Source of the DNA: Sulfurimonadaceae bacterium
GTDB taxonomy: Bacteria; Campylobacterota; Campylobacteria; Campylobacterales; Sulfurimonadaceae
Assembly: GCA_041562555.1 (NCBI GenBank)
Contig: JBFEXS010000036.1
Location: 1 to 17,487 of the forward strand
Direction: 5' to 3'
Length of the DNA stretch: 17,487 bases
Both the position numbers and the translations under genes were made by a program. A model generated the notes under the pieces. It was not told the origin of the DNA. It ran no database searches and saw only the letters and a program-made list of their open reading frames with translations. Shown one piece after another: positions 1 to 8,121 of this stretch (positions are counted from its first letter, which is position 1; each line of letters begins with the position of its first letter).

Positions 1-1314
1 ATCTGTCATCTTCATGCGGGAGGAAACCTCTACAGAGAGATCTCGGATGAGCAGTGTGTCACACTGTTAAAAGAGTCTATCGATCTTGTACGTTTCTATC
101 CGGATGCGATCGATTACAGGCCAACAATCATTGCCGTGCCCATGGATGATGAAGGAAGTCCCGAAGATCTTTTCGGGCGTCTTGAGATGCTGCGTTCAGT
201 ATATGCGGATCTGATCGAGAAAGACCTTGAAAACAGGGTCCTTGGTGAGAGTAAAGACTATTTTAGGGTGTTTGAAAAAGAAGAAGTACTCTCTTTACGA
301 GAGCGCGATATGGTATCCAAACCGCAAAGCCCTGAAGAGTGGATGATCCCGGCAGTGCAGCAGATAGATCTTGAAAAGATTCAGTTTCCTTTGGTGATGG
401 TACAGGAATACGGGATTAACCTTTTTCGTTTGGCTGCCAGTGTAAGTCTCTGTCTTGAACAAAAGCACGATGCAAGGATACTGCTCAATCACAAGGTTGT
501 CAATATTCATCAGGAGTGTGATTCCAAAGCCTGGTGTCTTGTCTACGAGCATGATGGAGAAGAAGAAAAAGAGAGTTTTGACTTTTTGATCAATGCAGCA
601 GGCTTTAGGACCGGTAAATTGGATGATATGATCGGGTATACGCGGGAACGTTTTGTGGAGTTCAAAGCGGCCTATGTAAGTCAATGGGAATCAAACAAGG
701 ATATTGTCTGGCCCGAGGTCATCTTCTACGGTGAACGGGGTACACCAAGGGGCATGGCACAGTTCACTCCCTATCCGGGCGGATATTTTCAACTTCACGG
801 GATGACAAAAGAGATCACCCTCTTTGAAGAGGGTCTGGTAAAAAGCTCGGCATACAGTGCACATCCCAAGCTTCATGAGAAGTTTATCGATAAGATTGAC
901 AGGTCATGGAAGGCTGTGGATATCAAAACCCGCTCACAATTGGCGATAGAACATGTGGCGAAGTTCATACCGGGCTTTGCAAATGCGCTGACAGTCTCTA
1001 AACCGCTTTACGGAGCACAGCAAATTCCGGGGCTTGATGAGAGCCTCAGAGCAGCAGATGTCTCCTTTGAAGCCGAAAACTATGCACGGTGCGAGATAGT
1101 AAAGGCTTCTTCGGTATTGAGCATGGCTGACATGATCACTCAAGAGCTTGTCTCTTTGGGTTATCTTGATGCGAGGGTACAGGGCAGACGGGACTTTGAG
1201 GATATGCGGTCCTTGAGTGAGGAAAAGATCAGTACCTATGCACAGACCCTTTGTGAAGAGAGAGAATACCCGGCATGCCTGGCACACCGGCTTGTTCCGC
1301 AGAGCGAAATCTAA
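1..1314 (+). CDS. FAD-dependent oxidoreductase (DAO-like superfamily), 5'-truncated by the window edge
   Basis: Frame 1 is open from base 1 (ICHLHAGGNLYREISDEQC...) to TAA at 1312-1314, so the true start lies upstream of the window. The HAGG motif and FDFLINAAGFRTG are typical of FAD-dependent oxidoreductases. Substrate unknown. Confidence 0.75.
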   Translation: MCHLHAGGNLYREISDEQCVTLLKESIDLVRFYPDAIDYRPTIIAVPMDDEGSPEDLFGRLEMLRSVYADLIEKDLENRVLGESKDYFRVFEKEEVLSLRERDMVSKPQSPEEWMIPAVQQIDLEKIQFPLVMVQEYGINLFRLAASVSLCLEQKHDARILLNHKVVNIHQECDSKAWCLVYEHDGEEEKESFDFLINAAGFRTGKLDDMIGYTRERFVEFKAAYVSQWESNKDIVWPEVIFYGERGTPRGMAQFTPYPGGYFQLHGMTKEITLFEEGLVKSSAYSAHPKLHEKFIDKIDRSWKAVDIKTRSQLAIEHVAKFIPGFANALTVSKPLYGAQQIPGLDESLRAADVSFEAENYARCEIVKASSVLSMADMITQELVSLGYLDARVQGRRDFEDMRSLSEEKISTYAQTLCEEREYPACLAHRLVPQSEI

Positions 1315-1326
1315 TACAGAACCACC

Positions 1327-2076
1327 TTAAGCATATCGTCGTATAAAAAGAGGATAATCGACCTTGCTGGGGCTTTTAATGATAAAGAGTTCGGCGTCTT
1401 TGTCCACGTTGATATTCAGGTGTGTCTGATCCTGGACGATGCAAAAGCCGTCCTTGGCCATCTTTTGTGTTTCAAGCTCCAAACTTCCATCTAAAAGGTA
1501 ACATGAATAGGTATAGGCATCATCGAGTTCGAGTTGATAGTTTCCTGCCGGAAACTGCAGTCTTTCGATCTTGACGGATGGTGTTCTCAACTGTATGGGC
1601 CCTTCATCGGAAATATAGGGGAGTCTAAGTATCCCGTCTTTCGTGTGCTGTACGAATCTCTCAGCGGGATAATCGGTATAGGAGGCAGGTCGATTCAAAG
1701 CAGAATCGAAGTCAGGATCAAACCAGATCTGAAAGAGTTCGGTTCCTTGTGTAATACGTTCGGAATGCTCCACCCCGGAGCCGGCCTGTATGACTTGCAC
1801 ATCTCCTGCACGCAGGGGGGTGTATACCCTGGAGGCAGTGTCATAATGCTCCACCTGTCCTTTGAACACAAAGGTGATGATCTCGAATCCCTTGTGGGGA
1901 TGAAGGGGGAACTCGGAGGTCTCGTGTGCGACAAGATGGGCCCAGTAAAAAAGGTTGGAATAAGCTTGTGTCCCTGTCATATCGGGAAAGGGAATAGGCT
2001 TGTTCTCCGTAAAAGCACCATTGAAAAGGGACTCGATTTGTTGCTCTTGTCTTGTTTTATAAACGGGAATACTCAT
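1327..2076 (-). CDS. Pirin family protein (bicupin)
   Basis: Metal-binding motifs HPHKGFEI and QAGSGVEHSE, plus FQIWF. An AAGGA Shine-Dalgarno (SD) lies ~6 nt before the ATG. Confidence 0.9.
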   Translation of the reverse strand: MSIPVYKTRQEQQIESLFNGAFTENKPIPFPDMTGTQAYSNLFYWAHLVAHETSEFPLHPHKGFEIITFVFKGQVEHYDTASRVYTPLRAGDVQVIQAGSGVEHSERITQGTELFQIWFDPDFDSALNRPASYTDYPAERFVQHTKDGILRLPYISDEGPIQLRTPSVKIERLQFPAGNYQLELDDAYTYSCYLLDGSLELETQKMAKDGFCIVQDQTHLNINVDKDAELFIIKSPSKVDYPLFIRRYA

Positions 2077-2087
2077 GTTTCATCCTT

Positions 2088-2687
2088 TTAATGCATCCAG
2101 TCGGCGTAGGTTCCATAGGTTTTATAGGCCTCATAATCCTTCTTATAGTACTGGATGATATCTGAGATTTGCCAGGCATCAAGATAGCCTACATGCACAA
2201 AGAGTGTATGTCCTTCGGGAGAAAACAGACGGTGCTCGGGTATGGTCTTATACCATAGACGTGCGGATAGCACATGCTGGGGGTCCAATTGATGACGCCT
2301 CGCCCACTCTTTTGCGGTCTGTACCGTGGCATGGTCATTGTATGCCGTACTTTTTCCTGTCATGATCGTGATGAAGTTGACATCAGAGCTGTATCGTGCC
2401 TGGACCTGTCTGACCTGGGGAGCCTGTCGCTGACAGGTCTTGCACCATGATGCGGCATACTCTGCCCAGAGATATTTTCCCTCATACAGTGCTATAGGGA
2501 CCTCTTCACCGAGAGCATTAAGGCGAGGCGGCATATTGAGAACATGTGAGTAGGAGGTATCGGACATGTTCCCGACGAGTGACTCAAGTCCTTTCATCTC
2601 ACCCCAGGAACGTTCTACCACTGCCGGGTTCTCTTCGCTGCAGGCATTGAGAAACAGAACGATCAAGATAAAGCATAGATAGCGCAC
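2088..2687 (-). CDS. Thioredoxin-fold (TlpA/ResA-like) lipoprotein
   Basis: WCKTC CxxC motif at 2433-2447 and a downstream cis-Pro-like TIPEH. Start re-called to GTG at 2687 because AAAGGAG (2694-2700) precedes it and it yields a lipoprotein signal (MRYLCFILIVLFLNA-C). Confidence 0.8.
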   Translation of the reverse strand: MRYLCFILIVLFLNACSEENPAVVERSWGEMKGLESLVGNMSDTSYSHVLNMPPRLNALGEEVPIALYEGKYLWAEYAASWCKTCQRQAPQVRQVQARYSSDVNFITIMTGKSTAYNDHATVQTAKEWARRHQLDPQHVLSARLWYKTIPEHRLFSPEGHTLFVHVGYLDAWQISDIIQYYKKDYEAYKTYGTYADWMH

Positions 2688-2800
2688 GGATGACTCCTTT
2701 AGATGAGTATACTTCATACAGTGATAAGATGCTATTAAGAAGTGCAATAAGTTTTGCTTTTTCAGTATTCAAACAGAGCGATAGCATAAGCTCTTTTATG

Positions 2801-2806
2801 TACAAT
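2801..2806 (+). promoter_or_regulatory. Sigma70-type -10 box (TACAAT), probably giving a leaderless methyltransferase mRNA
   Basis: TACAAT ends 7 nt before the ATG at 2814 and no SD-like sequence lies in between. Confidence 0.45.
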
Positions 2807-2813
2807 ACGTTTT

Positions 2814-3731
2814 ATGCTTACAATTGAGAATTTACAATCAGATTTATTGGAAAAGATCCGTTTAAAGGACGAAGAGTTTACGCGTCTGTTCCATGGGCGA
2901 GGCGGATGTTATGAGGGCTGGGAGTTCTTGACAATCGATTCTATCGACAGAGTCCTGAGCATCGCGTATTTTGACGAAATAGATGAAGATCTGGATACGC
3001 AACTGCATGAGATGTTTGCACGGATCTATCAAAGCGGTGCCTATGCGTCTCTTGTCTTGCAGCGACGTTATCTGCCAAAGGCTCCTTCCGAGGTGATCTT
3101 TGGAGAGCTTGATGAGAAAGTGTATGCCATAGAAAACGGACTTAAATACAAGCTCAATCTGCTGAACAATCAAAACAGCGGTCTCTTCGCTGATATGAAA
3201 TTGGGACGCTCTTTTGTACGTGAGCAGGCCCAAGGAAAGCGGGTGCTTAATCTTTTCGCATACACCTGTGCCTTTTCTGTGGCGGCGTATAAGGGCGGAG
3301 CAACTTCGGTGGTCAATGTGGACATGAGCAAGAAGGTGCTGGAGACAGGCAGGGATAATCACCGCCTCAATGGTGTTGAGGTCCGCGGCACGCGTTATAT
3401 GCCCTATAATATACTCAAGTCTTTCTCGCGTATAAAGAAGGCCGGTCCTTATGACCTGATCATTATCGACCCGCCGAGTTTTCAGAGGGGAAGTTTTGCT
3501 GCGACAAAGGATTATCAAAAGATCATTCGCCGTCTCAATGAGCTTGCAAGTGATACGTGTACAGTACTTTCATGTCTGAATGCGCCTAATCTGGATTCAC
3601 AGTTTGTTATAGATCTGTTTAAAGAGGAAGCACCTGAATTCCGTTTTATACGGCGTTTGGAAAACCTGGAGAGTTTTCCGAGCAAAGAGAGTGAACGGGC
3701 CTTGAAAAACCTGGTTTTTCAAAAGGACTAG
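2814..3731 (+). CDS. Class I SAM-dependent methyltransferase, RlmI/RlmK-like family
   Basis: SGLFADMK, the VLNLFAYTCAFS SAM-binding motif, VNVDMS and DLIIIDPPSF are characteristic of RlmI/YccW/RlmK-type enzymes. Confidence 0.85.
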   Translation: MLTIENLQSDLLEKIRLKDEEFTRLFHGRGGCYEGWEFLTIDSIDRVLSIAYFDEIDEDLDTQLHEMFARIYQSGAYASLVLQRRYLPKAPSEVIFGELDEKVYAIENGLKYKLNLLNNQNSGLFADMKLGRSFVREQAQGKRVLNLFAYTCAFSVAAYKGGATSVVNVDMSKKVLETGRDNHRLNGVEVRGTRYMPYNILKSFSRIKKAGPYDLIIIDPPSFQRGSFAATKDYQKIIRRLNELASDTCTVLSCLNAPNLDSQFVIDLFKEEAPEFRFIRRLENLESFPSKESERALKNLVFQKD

Positions 3732-3737
3732 GCCCTG

Positions 3738-6254
3738 CTATCGTTGCATTTTTGCAACAAAACCTTCTGCAAGGATGAGAAGAAGATCCCCTAAGAAACC
3801 ACGTGTTTTCTCATCATTGGCCTTAAGTGCCTCGGTAGAAAGCTTTTTCATGTAATAGGCATCATCAAGTTTCCATTCGTTCGTGACACTCTTATCTTCT
3901 TGAAGAGTCAGGGCATACTGGTATTTGTTCATCAGGTGAATCACATCCGAGAGTACCATCAGCTGTTTAAAGCCATTTTGTATATCGTTCTCAAGGCTCT
4001 CATCATCTTTCACGCCGTCATAACCGGCTTGAGCGATCTCGTTGCGGATTTTCGCATAGGCCTCAAGTTGCTCCATTAACTCTGTCAGAATCTCTTCATA
4101 TGGGTGAACAGGTTCTTCTTCCTGTACCTCTTGGGTCTCTTCTTTTGGTGTTGTCTCACCTTTTTTGAATGCTTCAAAGGCTTCTGCTTCTTGTTGTTTC
4201 ATCTCTGCAAAGCTGAGTGTTTTTTTCGCTTGTTCCTGCGCGAGCTTTGCTTTGTCTCTCTCATCAGCAATGAGATCTGCTTTTTCATCAATTTTTTTAA
4301 GATCAATCCATACGTCATCCAGAGTGCGCGAGAGCATGATGTTCGCGGCCAGAGCATATTGGCCTTTTGGAAAAGTGTTCAAGAAGAGATTGAAGTCTTC
4401 CGGTGCCTTTGAACCTTCGAGTTGTTTCCAGAACTTTTTCTCGACCTCTTGCATACTGATCTCTTTATCGCCAAGCCCTCTGTAGCGTCTTGGATAAGAG
4501 TAGCGCTTGTTGAAGTTATACCGGGAAGTCGTATGGTAACGGTTTCGGTAATATGTGTTGCGATTGTAATAATAGTTCTTTCCAGGCGGAGTGTAGACCC
4601 TGTTGAGTTTGTGCTGCTGCATGATAGGAACATTATGCACATATCGTGGCGTGTAGTAGTTTGTCCTTTTGTTCAAGTTGTTATAGTAGTTCTGGGAACT
4701 GTTGCTGCTCCCGGTGTTTGTCCAATATTTCAGTGTACCGTTTTTGGTTTTTCTTGTGTTCAGGTTCCACTTGTAATATTTTGAAAAATCAATGGTCTTG
4801 ATCGGAGCTGTCTGACTCAGTTTATACTGTTTCTTCGGAGGGGTATAAGTAACCGGCTTATATCCAAATCCAGTGGGTTGCAGACGAATAGGCTCACAAG
4901 CGATGGCATAATAGACACCGGGTTGGCATTTTGGACGTTTCCGCTTTGGCGGGAGATGTTTAAGTTGACGTTTCGGCGGGACATAACGACCCGTAGTCTG
5001 TTTATTAGGAAGTTTATATACGCGACGGCGATCGTAGCATTTTCTGGATTTGAAAGGGTTGTTACAGCTGCTGCTGCAGGGCCATCGCGTACACGGGTTC
5101 CAGGCTCTGCTGGCAGTATTGTTGTTCTCTATATCCTTTATCGTTTGCAATGCTATGGTATGGTATTTTCCATTTGGAAAATGGTTTGCGAAGCTTTTGA
5201 GTTCAAGTTTATTGACGGAATCTTTGACAAGAGCCCATGTGGCTTCTTCCCCGTCTGTTGCAACACCTTTTGGCATTCCCCAGTTCTCATTTTCATCAAG
5301 GGTGACCTCTTCGGCTTCAGAACTGTTCTCATCCAGACCTCGGGTGACACTGATCATCCCGCTTTGAGGAGCTATGGTCTGTGGTGTCGTTTCGACAGTA
5401 GCAGCACTGCTTAGGAAAATGAAATCACCTTTATCCAGATTTGGATTGCGTATCTTCCCATATTGTGGGTGTTGAGCATTTTTAGAATAGTTGACGACAC
5501 TGTCTTGTAGAAAACTGCTGAGTTCACTTCCTGTGATGTAGCCGTCTTTATTAAGGTCTCCTTCTCCTTCAAGAGCAGAGATGAATTGGCGTCGGAATAT
5601 ACTTTTGTCCGGTACTTTTTCATTTTCCGTTCCCGAAGAGATAAACATACGTACGGGCTTGGATGTCTTATAGGAGATATTCTCGGGAAGCGCTCGTGTC
5701 ACCGAGAAGATCGATCCGGAAAAACAGCTGTCAAATAGGAAGATTGCATGTTTTGCATCTATGTTTAAGGCATATTCTTCAATCCTTTGCAGACTGAGGG
5801 CACGGTTTTTAAACTCTCCCGGTTTTTTAAGAGGGTGAGGAGCATTTGTCGGGATGATATATCCTAAATGATCTCCTCCGTATTTGGGTTTGAGCGTATA
5901 TCCGTGGCCCGCAAAATAGAATAGAAGACGGTTCTCATAGGTACTTCCGTATTTTTGTATGAAGTCTTCAAAGGCGGCACTTAATTCCGTATCGTTTGGA
6001 TCAAGTACCGTCGTGACATGAAACTTTTGTTTCTCCAAAGCCTCTTTTACTGCCTGGGTGTCTTCTTTTACACCTTCTAGATCAGGCCACTCTGTCGTAT
6101 AGTCACTGACACCTATGACAAGTGCATAGCTGCCCGTATACAGTGTTGTCTTTTTACCATCGTTTAGATCTACAATGACTTCCGTGTTTGAAAGTAGAAA
6201 CATAGGAAGACACAGCAGAATGAAAAAGCGTAATGTCGCATATCGAATCATCAT
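3738..6254 (-). CDS. Secreted caspase-family (peptidase C14, orthocaspase-like) multidomain protein
   Basis: N-terminal hydrophobic signal, YALVIGVSDY, catalytic dyad YFAGHG (His117, 5904-5906) and FLFDSCFSG (Cys177, 5724-5726), and QHPQYG at the end of the domain. These are followed by two W...FPxGxY helical modules, a basic Tyr-rich segment and an acidic coiled-coil-like C-terminus. Confidence 0.9.
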   Translation of the reverse strand: MMIRYATLRFFILLCLPMFLLSNTEVIVDLNDGKKTTLYTGSYALVIGVSDYTTEWPDLEGVKEDTQAVKEALEKQKFHVTTVLDPNDTELSAAFEDFIQKYGSTYENRLLFYFAGHGYTLKPKYGGDHLGYIIPTNAPHPLKKPGEFKNRALSLQRIEEYALNIDAKHAIFLFDSCFSGSIFSVTRALPENISYKTSKPVRMFISSGTENEKVPDKSIFRRQFISALEGEGDLNKDGYITGSELSSFLQDSVVNYSKNAQHPQYGKIRNPNLDKGDFIFLSSAATVETTPQTIAPQSGMISVTRGLDENSSEAEEVTLDENENWGMPKGVATDGEEATWALVKDSVNKLELKSFANHFPNGKYHTIALQTIKDIENNNTASRAWNPCTRWPCSSSCNNPFKSRKCYDRRRVYKLPNKQTTGRYVPPKRQLKHLPPKRKRPKCQPGVYYAIACEPIRLQPTGFGYKPVTYTPPKKQYKLSQTAPIKTIDFSKYYKWNLNTRKTKNGTLKYWTNTGSSNSSQNYYNNLNKRTNYYTPRYVHNVPIMQQHKLNRVYTPPGKNYYYNRNTYYRNRYHTTSRYNFNKRYSYPRRYRGLGDKEISMQEVEKKFWKQLEGSKAPEDFNLFLNTFPKGQYALAANIMLSRTLDDVWIDLKKIDEKADLIADERDKAKLAQEQAKKTLSFAEMKQQEAEAFEAFKKGETTPKEETQEVQEEEPVHPYEEILTELMEQLEAYAKIRNEIAQAGYDGVKDDESLENDIQNGFKQLMVLSDVIHLMNKYQYALTLQEDKSVTNEWKLDDAYYMKKLSTEALKANDEKTRGFLGDLLLILAEGFVAKMQR

Positions 6255-6282
6255 ATAAATACCCCCGAAGAAATTGAGAATT

Positions 6283-6291
6283 ATTATAGCA
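6283..6291 (-). promoter_or_regulatory. Extended -10 promoter (TGCTATAAT) for the caspase-like gene
   Basis: Perfect TGnTATAAT on the minus strand ~30 nt upstream of the ATG at 6254. A GGGGG SD-like run lies at 6262-6266. Confidence 0.6.
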
Positions 6292-6314
6292 AATTTCTAT
6301 TTACAGGGGTGATT

Positions 6315-7664
6315 TCAAGTGTGTTTTTTAACAGCACTGAGTTGAAGTTCGAAGCAGGCACCCTCATCGGTATTATACGCGGTGATCTTGCCACCATGGG
6401 CGTCGACAATAATCTTGGCCATATAGAGGCCAATACCCGTACCATAAGTGTTGTAGGGTTTAAAGAGGGTCTCTTCTGCTATCGCGTCGGGAATACCTGC
6501 GCCGTTATCACAGATTGTCAGTGTAAGACGGTTGTTGTTATATGTACTATTGATGGTGATTTTACCCTCTATAGAAGAGAGTTTTCCTGCTTCGATACGA
6601 CTTAAGATAGACTCCTTGGCGTTGGAGACGATGTTAAGCAGCGCCTGGGAAAACTCATTGAAATATCCTTCGATAAGTATTTTGTCATTTGGCGTCTGGT
6701 GGATAAACTTTATATTCTTGGAGTGAAGTTGATGGCGCAGTAGCTTTTCTACATCCTGAATGGAACTATCTAAAGAGAAGAAAGCTTTTTCTCTATCTGG
6801 CGTAAGAAATTTTGAAAAATCGGTAATGGTGTGATTCATATAGTCAATCTGGGTCATCAGCTCGTTAAAGAGTTTGTCAAGGGATACCTCTTTGGAGAGT
6901 TCCTTGCGTAATTTCGCAGCCGCAATAATGGATGTGCTGGTGGCTAAAGGTTGTTTCCATTGGTGGGATACGGAAGCCACCATCTCTCCCATCATCGCCA
7001 TTTTGGACTGCTGTATCAGAAGTTCTTCCTGTTGTTGCTTCTCTAACAGGGCTTCTTGGACCTTTGTTTCGAGATTTTCTTTGTGGTCTCGAAGTTCTTT
7101 GTTTGCCCTGTTGATGACTTCAAAGGCCTCTACACGACTCAGCTCAAAATAATAGATCAGCAGGATGATGATGAGGTAGGTGAAGAAGAGGTTTGTAAAG
7201 GAGACCGCAGTGAAGGGAACGCTTTCAAAGGTATCGATACCCATGAATGCAATACTTAAGACTACAAGTATATAGATAGTAGTGATGAGGGTTCCTTTGT
7301 TAAGTCCTTTCAGGTAGATGGCCAGGGTTGGAAAGATAAGGGCCTGTGCAAAGGCATAGTCTTTATGGTTTTGATCATATATAAATAGTAGCGTCAGTGT
7401 AAAGATCGTAAAGAGCAGCAGGGTGCCCGAGAGTGAGATATTTCCTTTTTTTATCAAGAAATACCAACTGAGTCCAACCAGCAAAAGGCTGATGATCTCC
7501 AGTCCGGCAATGTAATAAAGCTTAGTATAAAATAGATTGTAAGTGATATAAAAGGAGAGCACGAAGGCCGCGATGTAGAGGGTGGATAGAATCAAAAAGG
7601 CCTGACGATAGGACTTTTGGTCTATGTCCAGGCCCAGGTTTTTATTTAAGAGTGAATGGAACAC
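6315..7664 (-). CDS. Membrane-bound sensor histidine kinase (HisKA + HATPase_c)
   Basis: About six N-terminal hydrophobic segments, a coiled-coil linker, H-box MGEMVASVSHQWKQPL, N-box QALLNIVSNAKE, G1 DNGAGI and G2 GTGIGLY. GTG start with an AAGGGGG SD. Confidence 0.92.
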   Translation of the reverse strand: MFHSLLNKNLGLDIDQKSYRQAFLILSTLYIAAFVLSFYITYNLFYTKLYYIAGLEIISLLLVGLSWYFLIKKGNISLSGTLLLFTIFTLTLLFIYDQNHKDYAFAQALIFPTLAIYLKGLNKGTLITTIYILVVLSIAFMGIDTFESVPFTAVSFTNLFFTYLIIILLIYYFELSRVEAFEVINRANKELRDHKENLETKVQEALLEKQQQEELLIQQSKMAMMGEMVASVSHQWKQPLATSTSIIAAAKLRKELSKEVSLDKLFNELMTQIDYMNHTITDFSKFLTPDREKAFFSLDSSIQDVEKLLRHQLHSKNIKFIHQTPNDKILIEGYFNEFSQALLNIVSNAKESILSRIEAGKLSSIEGKITINSTYNNNRLTLTICDNGAGIPDAIAEETLFKPYNTYGTGIGLYMAKIIVDAHGGKITAYNTDEGACFELQLSAVKKHT

Positions 7665-7756
7665 GAGACATCCCCCTTCTCACAAAAATAGATATTTGAT
7701 GCTCTTATGATACTATAATTCATGGTAAAGTGTACTTTGGCCTGTTCTCGTCCATA

Positions 7757-8050
7757 TTATTCGGATACAGATCTGACTTTTTCTGAAGGTTTGGAAATGA
7801 TCTCGATGTAAAACTCTTCCCATTCACTTTCTTTTGCTTTATCAATGCAAGAAGTGATCTCGGAGACCTTTATGAGATTTGCGTCATCGAGGTTCTTCCC
7901 GAACTTGCAGTCAAAGTCCCAAAAAGCGGATTCTCCCGGCAGTTTTTTCTTGCGTTCACGTTTGAGATAGCGGCGGATGTCATATTTGATCGATTCGATT
8001 ACACGATCAGGATGTTTGTTTGCTTGGGTCAGCTTAAATGTCTTCTTCAA
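7757..8050 (-). CDS. Conserved small protein, DUF6172-like
   Basis: MKKTFKL...IKYDIRRYLKRERKKKLP...FWDFDCKFG...FYIEI resembles the DUF6172 family from recall. TTG start preceded by AAAGG. Confidence 0.65.
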   Translation of the reverse strand: MKKTFKLTQANKHPDRVIESIKYDIRRYLKRERKKKLPGESAFWDFDCKFGKNLDDANLIKVSEITSCIDKAKESEWEEFYIEIISKPSEKVRSVSE

Positions 8051-8121
8051 AAATAACCTTTGTAATTAGTATGACATTGTACAGGAGAACTACTTGCGAT
8101 ACAATATATGAGAGGAAAATT

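Noticed and set aside
4379..5108. Possibility that the basic caspase insert is a frameshift artefact
   Set aside because: The frame is continuous from the protease through module 2. The alternative frame (4379-4642) gives only a short Thr/Ile-rich shadow, and the recurring YxPPK motifs are in the annotated frame.
7642..7671. Tiny out-of-frame ORF (MSRVPFTLK) overlapping the kinase start
   Set aside because: Its ATG directly abuts the SD, whereas the kinase GTG has normal spacing. There is no evidence for a leader peptide.
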